DNA from: Nageia nagi
Taxonomy: Eukaryota > Plantae > Pinophyta
Direction: 5' to 3'
Length of the DNA: 64,000 bases
Assembly (NCBI GenBank): GCA_050084985.1
Contig: JBITNC010000002.1
Location: forward strand, 38,502,001 to 38,566,000
This document shows, one piece after another, positions 51,660-64,000 of the stretch. Made by a program: the position numbers and the translations under genes. The notes below the pieces were generated by a model. The model ran no database searches. It saw nothing but the letters and a program-made list of their open reading frames with translations, and had not been told where the DNA came from. The number at the start of each line of letters is the position of its first letter. Positions within the stretch are counted from its first letter, which is position 1.

Positions 51660-54600
51660 TCTCATTTGTAGGTAAAAACCCACTAATTAGATTCATTCAA
51701 ATGATAAAATAGGTCAAAATCAACCATTACTTCATCCGTGCATATGATATAACCTAGAAGCACAATATATGGTGTGGTGAATAATAATTTATTTAGATAT
51801 AGTATATTTTTTAATTATTTGCATCTATTGAACATCAACATTGGTGCCTAGATATGGTTTTTTAATGTATGAAAAATAGTTTAGTCATCAAGGTAGAACT
51901 CCAAAAAAATCATGAATGAACACTTTGAAGGTATTCAACATGATGTAAACAAAACTAGAAGGGTATTTTTTAATCTAGATGATATCACATTATATATGTA
52001 AGATCCCTATTTGGTGGTGAGTAACATCTTCAAGTGATCCTTCTCAATAATTTTAACTTGAAAATAACTTGACAATCTATCAATAAATTAATATATTTCA
52101 TGAATAGTAAATTATTTTAGGATTTCTTAATTAAAGCAAGTAGGGAAAGGACAATGTTCACAAGCCTTTCTACCTTTCCTAAAGTCTACACAATTTCATA
52201 TATCACCACTTTTCTTATATTGAATCACCATAGGGATAATCTAATCCATGTTGTTTACTTATGAGATAATACATGCATCAAGCATTTTATCAATTGCATC
52301 TTTGAATTTGGTTTTAATATTGGGATTTAGGTGATAAGGTTTATGCTTCTTGGATTTTCACTTGTGATTGATTTGAATGTACATGATCCTTTCTTCATAT
52401 TTCATTCCCTTTAATTCTATCACATATTTAGGAAATAAATCTTGATATTTGACTAAGAGTTCAATAATTTTATTTACTTCTTCTATTGTCTAATAATCAC
52501 CAATTATCACCATTTTTGATCTACTTTGTGATGATATTGATCTTTTAAGTCTTAATATTTAATTCATATTTCATACATTCTATTTTTCATTAATTAATTC
52601 CATTTCAACTCCTTGGGTTTCGTATTTTAGAATTTCTGGTTTATCCTCCTAATCATTGAGATCATCCTTCTTCTTAGCTTTGAAGAGTTTCAAGATGTAA
52701 TCAAAACTTAATTGTACTTAAAACTCTCATTTCTATGCTTTTTGTTTTAACTTCCACATAAAAAATATGAATTGGTATCTTGCAGACTAGCTATGTAATT
52801 GACCAACTAATCAGACCATCAGAACTAGCTATTGATTAGTTAACTAGCCTATCAATTGGTATTATGTAGTGTACTTTTAAAAAAAGTTATTTTATATTTA
52901 ATTTTGCCTTATTTTTGGCTTTGTAAAGGAATATGAAATGAATAACCAATATCGTACATGGTATATGAATTGTATTTATTCTTTATTCTAAGTTGTAATG
53001 AATGTTGGAGTATGTTCTCAAAATTTAATATAAGTTTTACGATGTTCTACAAATTCTAGTTTTTTGTATGATCATTAATGAATGCATTCTTGTCCATTTG
53101 ACTTGTAAAATAGTTTTTCCATGTAATTAGTTGTTTAATTCACTTATTTATTCTAATTAACTTGTATCAAATTGGTTTCAAGGATTTATCTAGGAAGAGA
53201 ATAAAATACATGGAAAGCAATTCAAATGCAATTCTCATTCCATATCTGATGGGAGTTACAATGAGTACTAGAGTATTTAGATGAAGATTATCCTAAAGAT
53301 AAGAGGCTACTAGGATATTGTAGATGTTGGCTATAATGATCATGCTAGTTGGAGTGCCTTGAATTCAGATGCAAAGGATGCAAAGAAGAAAGAGAAGAAA
53401 AACTTCATGGCCCTCTCCTTCATCCAAGTAGCTTTGGATAAGAGCATCTTTCCTAGAATCTCAACTTGTGTCTTAGCCCAAGAAGCATGGGCAATATTGA
53501 GAGAAGGCTACAAAGTGATCTTAAAGGTGAAATAAGAGAATGATACTTTGGGAGATTACTATGTAAGAGTGAAATCCATTATCAATAAAATGGCCACTCT
53601 TGGAGAGAAGATAAAGAAGGAGGTTGTCATCAAGAAGGTTTTGAGAACCTCAAATGAGAAGTATGATACTGATACACTCATTCTTGAAGAAATAAAGGGC
53701 CTCTTAACCATGGAGATTGACCATTTACTTGGCTCTCTTACATCTCATGAAGAGAGAGTTTTGAAGAGAGAAAAGATAGTAATAAGAAAAAGTGATGAGG
53801 AAGCATTCTCCATTAAAAATAATGAATGATAAGGTAGAGGTTCAAGAGTAAGAGGAAGATCTAGAAGAGGAGGAAGAAGATGCTCTTTTGGAAGAGGAAG
53901 AGGAAGAGAATAGAGTACAAAAAATGAACTGACATATGCATCAAGGGTAAGCTACTCTAGAAGAGGAGGAATAGGTATAGATACAAGACATTTGCAATAT
54001 TTTTATTGCAATAAATTTGGCCATTTTAAGAATGAGTGTATATTGAAAGAAGATAAAGAAGGAAAATCAACACACTATGGAGACAAAGAGCATGGATATG
54101 GTGAAGAATAATTATTTGTTTCAATTGAAAGCCCCCAAAAGCTTGAAGATGAGACTTGGCTCTTGGATAATGGTTGCACAAACCACATGATTGATGAATA
54201 GTCTCTACTCTCTTCAATTGATTACTCTTATAGGTCAAGTGTGAGATTAGGATATGAGAAGAGCTTGGATATTTTTGGTAAAGGAGAGATTTAGGTTCCA
54301 ACCAAGAAGGTAGAATATATCTATTATGCTCGAGATTTGAAACAAAGTCTATTGAGAATTGACCAAATGCTAGAGAAGAACTACAAATTGGTTTTAAGAA
54401 AAAGATGCATAAAATTTATGATAAAAACCATGATGGAGGCTTATTACTATTATTCATATGAATAAAAATAAATGTTTTTTGATGAAGTTTCTTGCTAAGG
54501 GTGGAGGTTTTGTATTTGTGGGAATTGAAGATGAAAATACACTTTAGCATATGAGGCTTAGGAACTTGAATTTTTAGAGTTTGTAAACTCTTCCATCAAT

Positions 54601-57600
54601 GGTGAGAGGTATGCCACAAGTAGAAGATTATAAAGACTTGTGTGAGGGATGTGCACTTGGAAAGCAAGCAAGGATAAAGTTTCCAAAGGAAGAAGCATGT
54701 AGAGCCAAACATCCTCTCTAATTGGTCCATACCAACATTTGTGGGTCTATGCAAACTTAATGTTTTGGTAAATCCTCTTACGTTATCACTTTAATTGATG
54801 ATTTTAGTAGAATATATTGGGCTTACTTCATTAAGAGCAAGGATGAAGCATTTGACTATTTTAAGGAGTTTAAAATTTTTATTGAGAAGAAAAGTGGGTA
54901 TAATGTGAAGTGTTTGAGAAGTGATAGAGGAGGAGAGTATTGTAGAAATGAATTCTTTTAGTATTGCAAAGAGAATGGAATCAGGAGACATATAACCTCT
55001 CCCTACACACCACAAAAAAATGGTGTAGCAAAAAGGAAAAATAGGATATTGGTTGAGATGGCTATAAGCATGATGAAAAGCAAGAAACTATCCAATATTT
55101 ATTGGGATTAAGTAGTAAAAGTAGTTGTGTACATTTTGAACAGGTCTCCTATAAGAATTTTGGATAAAATTATCCCCTATAAACCTTAGTTTGAGGGAAA
55201 ACCAAATTTGCAACACTTGAGATTGTTTGGTTATCTTGCATATGTGCATGTAAATGATAAAAAGAGGAGAAAGTTGGATGCTATATTTGAATCTTTTATG
55301 CTAATAGGATATTATGAACATTCAAAAACTTATAAATTATATAATCCTAAGAGTCATAAGATAATTATTTCTAGAGACACTATTTTTTATCAAGGGAGAG
55401 AGTATAGTAATAACAAATTACAACAAAAATTATTTGTATATGAGAGTTGGAAGGAGAGAATACCATAAAAAATGCATCCCAACCATGTTGTGACTCAAAA
55501 ACATAAAGGGTAGCCATCAAGTTTGAGTGTTCCAAGCTCACTAAGAACCTTTAGCTCCACCATAACACAAACAATTGTGAGTACACCAAGTTCACCTAAT
55601 GTAAGGATGATGAATTAAGGTAACAAAGGTAAGATATGATTGAAGGATCAACCAACTATTCAAATCAAAGATGGTAATACCATGAGGAGAATTACAAGGA
55701 TCCAAACCCAAGAAATGCAAAATATAGTCACAAGGCTAAAGAACATTCAATTCCATAGAGATGAAGATAGTGGAGATCCTAAAGGAGAAATGATAATCTA
55801 TGCACTTTACTCCTCTATTTCAAATGTAACTATTGTTGAGCCATATTATTATGAAGAAGCTTGTTCTAATGTTGTTTATATTCAAGATATGAAAGAGGAG
55901 ATTGATGCTATTGAGAGGAATAATACTTGGGAATTTTGTGAGTTTCCCAAAGGTAAAAAGGTTGTTGGTTCCAAGTGGGTGTATAAAATAAAATGTAAGA
56001 GTCATGGGAGCATTGAAAGGTATAAAGCAAGACTAGCGATAAAAGGATTCACATAGCAATATGGTATGGATTTTGAGAAGACATTTGCACCTATTTCAAG
56101 ACATGAAAAATAATATTAGTAAGCTCCAAGATCTTGATACACTATAATTGATAGATTCTTCAAGAATGTGGGATTTTAAATAAGTGTAAGTGAGCCTAAT
56201 TTGTATTTTAAGAAAGATAAATATGATATTTTAATTTTTTATTTGTATCTAGATGATTTGATCTTCATGGGAAGAAATAACAAGATGAATGAAAATTTCA
56301 AAACTCAAATGATGGTTGAGTTTGAAATGAAATATCTTGTTTTGATGAGCTACTTCCTTAGCTTAGAGGTGCATAAAAAAAAGAAGAGATTTTTGTGTCC
56401 TAATCCAAATATGCACATGATATGTTGAATAAGTTCAAAATGGATACTTGCGCACCTGTTGTAACACCTACAACCTATGGAGAACATCTTTGCAAAGAAG
56501 ATGGAGCACTAAAAGTAAACAAGAAAGACTATAGGAGTATTGTTGGAAGTATCATGTTTCTAATATACATAAGGCCAGATTTGTAATGTAATGTTTCATT
56601 GGTTGCAAGGTATATGAGTGATCCATTCATTATCTATCTCTAGGTAGTAAAGAAAATCCTTATATATGCGAAAGAGATAATCAATTTTAGATTACATTAT
56701 ACATGTAGTTCTAAGTTTAAACTCACAGATTTTAGTGATAATATTTAGGGCAACAATTTGGATGATAGAAAGAACATAAGTGGAAATTTCTTCTCTCTTG
56801 GATCAAGTATGATATTATGGAGCTCAAGAAAATAATCCATTGTAGCTCTTTCTATTACTGATGTTGAATATGTAACTATGACAAATTATTCAACAAAAGC
56901 TTTATGGTTGAGAAAGCTATTGAAGGAGATTGGAGATAAGAAAAAAATGTAAATGCCATTTTTTATGATAACTAAGGTACCATTAAGTTAATACAAAAGT
57001 ATGTCTATCATTTTAGAATAAAATACTTTGATTTAAAGATATTTCATTTGAGATTTGGTGGAGAAGGGGATAGTAAATTGAGGTATTATCTAACACAATA
57101 TCAAGTAGCTGATATATTCACTAAATCTATGTAAAAATCTCAATTTATGTTATTAAGAGACTTAATTTTTTATCCTCTTATTATCAAAGGGGAGTATGAA
57201 GAGTTTCAAGATGTAACTAAACCTTAATTGTACTTAAAACTCCCATTTCTATGCTTACTATTTTAACTTTCATGTATAGATTGTGAAATGGTATATTATA
57301 GACTGATTGTGTAATCGAACAACTAGTTAAACCACCAAAATTGACCTACTAATTAATTAATTGGCCTATTAATTGGTACTATGTAGTGCATTTTTTAAAA
57401 AGTTATTTTGTCTTAATTTTTGCCTCATTTTTATCTTTGTAAAGGAATATGAAACGAATAGCCAAGCTCACCCATGAACTATGAATTGTATTTATTTATT
57501 GTTATAAGTTGTAATGACTGTTGGAGTGTGTTCTCAAACTTTAATGCAAGTTTTATAGTGTTCTACAAATTTTGGTTTTGTGTATAACCATTGATGAATG

Positions 57601-58900
57601 CATTCTTGTCCATTTGAGTTGCAAAATACTTTTGATATGTACATAGTTATTAATTCACTTATTTGTTTATTCTAATTAACTTCAAGCTTTCAACAAGTTT
57701 TTTAATTTATCTAACTTATTTGTTTATTCTAATTAACTTAAGGCTTTCAACAAGTTTTTTAATTTATCTATTTTTGGTCACTTGTGGAGAAGCACAATAG
57801 TACCTATCTAGGGGGATCTTGTGAATCTAGTTTTGGAATCATCATGTGATGTAAATAATAGTTCTTTAATTTTATGAATTCCCTACTAAAGTTTCAGGTC
57901 ACTACTATAAAAGGTGAAACTTGTAAGAAATTCATTATGGAGTTCTCTCCATTCATTAATTTCTCTCCTCAATTCTTATTTCATATACCAAGCTCTAGGA
58001 TGGTTTAAAGAATCTAATAGAATATGTCAACCTAAATAGAGGGTTCATGATTTCCCTATTATCTCCATATTTCCTTGTAGTTTTCTATGTATTTAGATGT
58101 GATTGAATCACCAATATATGATGATACTAGATCCTTGGTTTATTTTGATAATTAAAAGCAAATCTTTAGGTGTTGTCAAATTTGATCCCAATAGTCAAAA
58201 TTATACTTATGGGTGTCGTTGTAGTGAGTAAGGTATCATCAAGGGATTCTAGTTGACTAGCTTCACCAATGAATACTCTCTCCATTTGTAGTAAGAAATC
58301 AAGAAATTAGGTCATTATACTTAAGAAAGGTATTATGGGATACATATACCTTTTATGATTTTGCATATTCTTCTACTAAAAATTTCTTTTTAAGCCCTTC
58401 TATTAGTTATTTGGTGATCATATTTCATAACATTTTAGTGATTTCAAAGTCTTCATCAGAATCATCACTATGAAAGCTTTTTTATCCATCATCAGTAGGG
58501 TTGATATGATCATAAAAACCATCACACTCTTTTCATAATGTCAACATGTAAAGATCATGAATCTTTTCTTGTTGATCATCATTTTTTGAACTATCATCAT
58601 CATTGCTAAAATTTGGGAAGGTAGTGTATGCATGATCCATACCTTTGGTAAGTGGGATATGGCCTTTGCTTGTTAATTTAGCTTATCATATGTAAATAAT
58701 GTCATATAATATTTTTCCATTATTATGTACATTTGTCAATAATAATGTATCAAGATCCAATGTTTAGTAAAATATAATTATAAAACTAGATTTGATCACA
58801 TCGAAGTATTTGTTTGATCATTGATTGTTCCAAGATTGATGTTTGTGGTCTCAAATCATAATCTTGGTAAGTCATATTCAATTTTGTAGGATTCTACTAC
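51660..58900 (-). pseudogene. Ty3/gypsy pol remnant, copy 2, split by the copia element
   Basis: Homologous to 31050-33200 on both sides of 52681-57684. Confidence 0.75.
52681..57684 (+). mobile_element. Full-length degenerate Ty1/copia LTR retrotransposon with perfect 5-bp TSD AGCTT
   Basis: LTRs at 52681-53163 and 57197-57684 (TGAAG...CTTCA). PPT AAAGGGGAGTA. TSD at 52676-52680 and 57685-57689. PR WLLDNGCTNHM; INT CEGCALGKQ and LRSDRGGEY; RT KWVYKIK..YKARL and LYLDDLI; RH ADIFTK. Internal RT deletion at about 56118. Confidence 0.95.
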
Positions 58901-59474
58901 AAAATTTGAAGACTTTAAAATCTTGATTTTCTTATTAGCTTTTAAATTTTTCCACATCAACCCATTGATCCACATCAATCACTCATGTACATCAAGGTTA
59001 AAAATTCCATTTTAAAGATTATTTATACTTCTTTATTAAGAGATTTTACCTAATTTTTGGCACAACTCATTACATTTAATTTTCCATCTTATTATCATTT
59101 CTATAATTGTATACTATATTGATTTGTTATTATTTAAGACATTTTTGAATATAGTATTTGCTTAATAATTTTTTTATCAAAGCTAACACTTAAATCCAAT
59201 TATTATAAATATATAACAAATCATTATTTAATAGATCAAGATAATGTTATAAAAACAATTATTTTATTAATGAAAATGCCACTACAATCCACAAACTCTC
59301 ATTGCATTAATACATTTAATAAAATAAAATAATAATAATAATATCAATCACTTCACATAAATTTTTATTCTATATAAATTCTATCCATTTCCATTATTTC
59401 AATAATTAACAAATTACAATAATTTATCTAGTCATTATCATAATACATTGATAATTAACTAAATTTATTACTGG

Positions 59475-59938
59475 ATTTACTATTACTTGTCTTTGTTTAA
59501 TTTTATTCTTACATAGATGCCTTGACTTTAAGATCATTCTCCCACCAAAAGTACATATGGTTAGCTTTCTAAATTACAGTCCTTGAGACATACGTTGGAT
59601 GAAACTCAAACCCAGTGTATGAATTCAGGATTCTTTCTTCCATTCTAAGTCAAAATCCTCTTGGTTTCCACAATTTGGTTATGTAGTCATATTCTCAAAA
59701 ACCTCACGAGTCCATGAGAATTTAAATCAAAAGAAAAAACACAACATCACTTTTGAGTATCATTCCATCAACTGCCCAATAATTTATTCATTTATTTTGA
59801 TTATGACCTGCGACTTTTATAATTGAAATCGCTTCGTCCAGGACAGAAATTCTATTATTTTATCAAAATCCTAACGTTATTTCTCACAACAGTAAAATAG
59901 TTCCGGAAGTACTTGGATTTTGTACATTTATTTTGGCT
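59475..59938 (-). ncRNA. Highly conserved non-coding block, candidate ncRNA unit (copy 2)
   Basis: About 99% identical to 34447-34911. Confidence 0.4.
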
Positions 59939-60767
59939 TTTTGTGCATGTGATTTGGCAACGAAAATCAAAGTTTACTTACTGTGCAGATTGTCAAAGAA
60001 ATAAATCTTTCTCTTTTTTGGCTCTCATTCTCTTTCCTTTCCTCCATACCAGTTTTGGCTTTTGACTGTCTGAACACAGAATTTTAAGGATCTTGGAATT
60101 GTGCAGATTCAAACCTGTATATTAAATTATTAATGTACTGGCTTTTGATTAGCTGAACACAGAATTTTGAGAACCTTTGAATGTGGAGATTCAAACCTGT
60201 AGATTTCGTTATTAATGTATTAGAAAAATTCAATCCTGAATCCACATGATTAAAATGTTGGAAGTTTACCCACTCAAGACGTACAAGAAATTATTTGTCA
60301 AAACAGTTAGTGAACTTGTTCTTGACGTGCTATACACGATTATTAGAGCAATGCATGTGGACAAGGGATTCTCAAACTGATGCACTCTAGTCAACATTGA
60401 TGATAACCTTGTGATAGAATTTGCATAGTTAAAAAAAAAAGCTGATTCGGCGATTAGTTGATTATGAGGTAAAAATATCAATAATTATGAGGCAGTAAAA
60501 AATCTTTAAAGAATTTAGATGTGAATCATGTGATATTTATGAATAATCGAAATTTATTTGAATAATCGGACAAAAACCCATAAATTTTTTTTATTTTTGA
60601 TGGTGATTGATCGCCAATTATTTGGAATAAACGTTGTTGTTTTAAACCTTGGGTTACTATAACCAAAAGAAGAAATCTTCTGCTCACCTACTTCGCTAAA
60701 TAGACAGGCATACCAATGGTTGATATGTAACTTTCAAACTTAAATAATAATATATTATGATACTTAG

Positions 60768-60839
60768 AATGGATTCAATCACAAAAATTCAAATGGATTC
60801 AATCACAAAAATTCAAATGGATTTAATCACAAAATTTCA
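60768..60839. repeat. Three 24-bp tandem repeats (AATGGATTCAATCACAAAAATTCA)
   Basis: Directly visible. Confidence 0.9.
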
Positions 60840-63211
60840 AAGTTCATAAACTTTTAAGGAAGTTGCACACATAGTGATGAATAGAATAAGTTATTTCGAA
60901 TAGAATCAAAATATATTTAGGTTAGTTTATAAAGTTCAATGGCAAAAAATATAATATAATATGAATTGATGAATAGGGGAGTTGAAGAGTTGGGTAGTTC
61001 AAAGCTCTTGAATATGGGCTACCCAGGTTTAAAACTCTTTGCCTCTAAGAGTTGAAACATACCAAAAATTTCTCCCAAGGAGTGACAAAGGATCTTAGCC
61101 AATAGTGGAAATGTAGACTGGGCAATTGTTGTTTGCTCCCCTACTAAGATAGGCACTAAAAAATCCATAAGTCCCCTAAGCCAAAAATATTGCAACCAGA
61201 ACATGGAGACAACACAACTAGGTGCAGATAAAAGCCCTCCCATGAATCAAAAGAAAGAGAGCTCACAAAAGAAAGAAAAGAAGGAGAAGATTGATAAATC
61301 ACTCGATATCACTCCCTTGGCATGGGTTCCAGCAGATCAGCTGGTACCAAGAGTAGATTCCAGGAAAATGCAAAAGACGCGTACCTTGGCAAAGAAGGAG
61401 CAAAGAAGTCTCATGCTAGTTAATCTTTTGTCTTTAGTAAAGTAGTCATTATACTAATAGTAGTTTGATAAATAGTTTGGTAGTGTTGTAACAAGGTTTT
61501 GGCTACATTTTGATGAAACCACTAGGTATGGTAGTTTCCTTCAAAGAAACCATTTTTGTGGGGACCGCATAAAACCCTACACCTTTTGATAATATAATTT
61601 ATCCTTATTATCAAAAATATACCAAATCTTATTGAGTTGATAGTAGATGCAGATGAGGCCAAAATCATGCTCCAATTGGAATTTGAAATAATGGATAACC
61701 CTCAATCATGGATCTAAGCATAAAAAAATAAAAATATATATAATATAACGTATTAAAGAAATTCATATATTATATTAAATGATTTCAATCCAAATACAAA
61801 AGTTAAAATAATTGATAAATGTAGATTTTTTCTTTTTAGAGGAGTTAGGGGAGTAGTGGTTATTATATCTATTAGAAATGCTAAAGAAGAAGTGAAGAAA
61901 CTTTATTTTCCTACAAAAAAATAATTAACTAAACTATGTATATTAAAGATGAATAAATTTTAAAAATTTGTAAAAAGACTATAAAATTGATTTGAAATCA
62001 TATTCAACTAGAAGTAACATATTTTATGTAAAATTTGGGGAAGGGATGGGATATGAGGTAGATTAATTGAAAAAAATAAAAAGTAAAATTGTAATTGGGT
62101 TTTCTTTTGATATTAGATTTTGAGCTACTAATGGAATATTGGTTGATCAAGGTATAATGGTATTTAAACATCCATCAAAGTTTAAATCCTACAAGCACCT
62201 TATAATGATGATGTTGTGCTTTGAGGTGATGTTAATAATGATGTTGAAGTACAGTGGTGATTTGAATATTGAGATAAAAGGTGACCCTTTAGCTGTCCAA
62301 TATGAATTGTATTACCTAACTAGGTGGGTTAGATTATTAAATATTATTCAATCCATCCTTAACTAATAATATTAAAATATTAACATTATAGAAAGGTGTA
62401 GATTAAAAAATAAAAATAAAATGTAATTTACAATATTAACTTTATAAATTATAAATTACTATTTTATTTATGAGTGAAAAATCAATATGCAATATTACAA
62501 TGATATAGTAATTTGGTGCACTTTTTATTTAGGGTATATAAGAGATTTATGAAAAATCAAGGCAAAGTTACATAACAATCCTAGATCTACCATACATTCA
62601 TATAAATATAAAAAATAATATATGTGTACCTATTTTGGAAAATAATTACCCCTTGTAAAAGCTTCATAACCTCCCTTGCCTAATTCTTGTAAACTAGGGT
62701 TTTGTATGGGTTTTAACACTTATCTCAAATATTTGAGGGGGTAGGGCCAACCTTGATGATTATCAAGATTCCCCTTGTATGTTAGTGACTAAATATGAAA
62801 TAATGAATCAAAATATGCATTCAATACTTGAAAAAAACCAACCAAAGATAAAGCATACCTAGAAAATGAGATTGAAAGCTACCACAATTATCTAAGGCTT
62901 GAAAAATTAGAAAATAAGATATACGGTAGGCTTTCAAGATGATAAAATGACTAATGAAGGTTATTCTCTTCTGTAATTTTTATATCTCAAAATTTATGAG
63001 GGTTTTCAAATGACTTTAATACCTCATATTTGAGATTTGCTTGCTTCTATTTGGCTTGAAATTATATGGTTTGGTAGAAGATAAATTTCAACTTGGTATA
63101 AATATATGAAAAATAGTTATTCAATAATTCAACCTTGTGGTGATTATCATGTAGGGATTATAGGGTTTGCACATTAAGAAATGTTAACAATTCAATATTT
63201 TCTCCTCAAGG

Positions 63212-63266
63212 AAGTTGATGGCTTGATCATTTATCACATTTTAAGGGATGATCAAGCCATCAACTT
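63212..63266. repeat. Perfect 19-bp inverted repeat with a 17-nt spacer
   Basis: AAGTTGATGGCTTGATCAT ... ATGATCAAGCCATCAACTT. Confidence 0.9.
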
Positions 63267-64000
63267 AAAAATCAAAAATTAAATGTAAGTATCTACATTT
63301 TGCCACCTTTAGAGATGTGATGGATGAACTTAAGACCACCTTTCCAAAGTAATAAGAGAAAGATATTATTAATCTCAATGATATTTCCCTTATTATGGTG
63401 ATGATGGTGATAGAGAAATGAACTTATTGTGACTTATTTTCGCCTTTCTTCTTATACTTTTGACTTAAAATTACTTATAGACATAATTTGATGCTTGGGA
63501 TTCAAAATAAAATAACTTGGAAAGTAAAATAATCATATGATTATGAAGAAATTCAACATGATTAGTATCTTTTCTAGGTGACATTAAGCACATTATCACT
63601 TCTTGATAGATTTTTCATACTACCTATGTTACATACACATGTAATAAACATATATAAACATTAATATAGAAAAACATAGGATAAACATGAAATTAATGAT
63701 AAATACAACATTATAAGAAAATATGAATATGATAAGAAATTATGTTTAACATCTACCCAAAAGATTTATGATGGCCTAAAAAATCACCATGAATTTTCCA
63801 TTTTAGGTTTTTTGATGCCTTAAAGATAAAAAGGAAAATGAGACATCATGGATCTCCTATGAAGGGTTCTTCGGTACCCTAAGGACAAACAAGATAATGG
63901 TAACACCCTAATTAAGTACATAAATATTATTATAAATGATTCTAAAATATTAATTAGCTCCTAAGAGCATGATAATTTCAAGAAGATGATTTACTATTAT

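Larger units (their letters stand above)
50865..64000 (+). repeat. Segmental (tandem) duplication, copy 2, expanded by a copia insertion and an insertion of about 2.5 kb (about 60660-63155)
   Basis: Collinear with 30265-36540 and runs off the window end. Confidence 0.85.

Noticed and set aside
60270-60340. TGTTCTTGACGT resembles the 5' part of conifer miR951 as recalled, with a partly complementary arm about 30 nt upstream
   Set aside because: Only 12 nt match, the stem is about 13 bp with bulges and does not extend, and the segment is absent from the paralog. A chance match is plausible; a miRBase search and folding would settle it.
61019-61615. Short ORFs as a host gene
   Set aside because: They lie in a copy-specific insertion with a Lys-rich low-complexity frame and an A-rich end. 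They are more likely a LINE-derived fragment, but too weak to call.

Overview
This is AT-rich, strongly CpG-depleted eukaryotic DNA. It is most consistent with an intergenic region of a large seed-plant genome, probably a conifer or other gymnosperm (inferred from PLS-type PPR fragments and plant-type LTR elements with tRNA-iMet primer sites). No intact host protein-coding gene is evident. The window is a nested set of decayed elements: a full-length Ty3/gypsy chromovirus (720-6358), two Ty1/copia elements (15891-21904 and 52681-57684), further gypsy and LINE remnants, and a scrambled field of PPR pseudogene fragments (about 12-25 kb). An old tandem segmental duplication pairs about 30.3-36.5 kb with about 50.9-64 kb. 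The four most notable items are: (1) a 10.8-kb GGG...CCC-terminated DNA transposon with a 4-bp TSD, a paralogous empty site, a decayed Sola2-like DDD transposase and a possible second spliced gene, plus a 1.06-kb non-autonomous relative; (2) a CpG-retaining non-coding block of about 465 bp that is about 99% identical between the otherwise much more diverged duplicates and reads like a compact Pol II transcription unit; (3) a novel 37-codon chimeric PPR/E-motif tandem repeat present in both orientations; (4) a copia LTR carrying stacked primer-binding-site copies. All alignments and identities were read by eye, and family assignments rest on recalled motifs, not searches.
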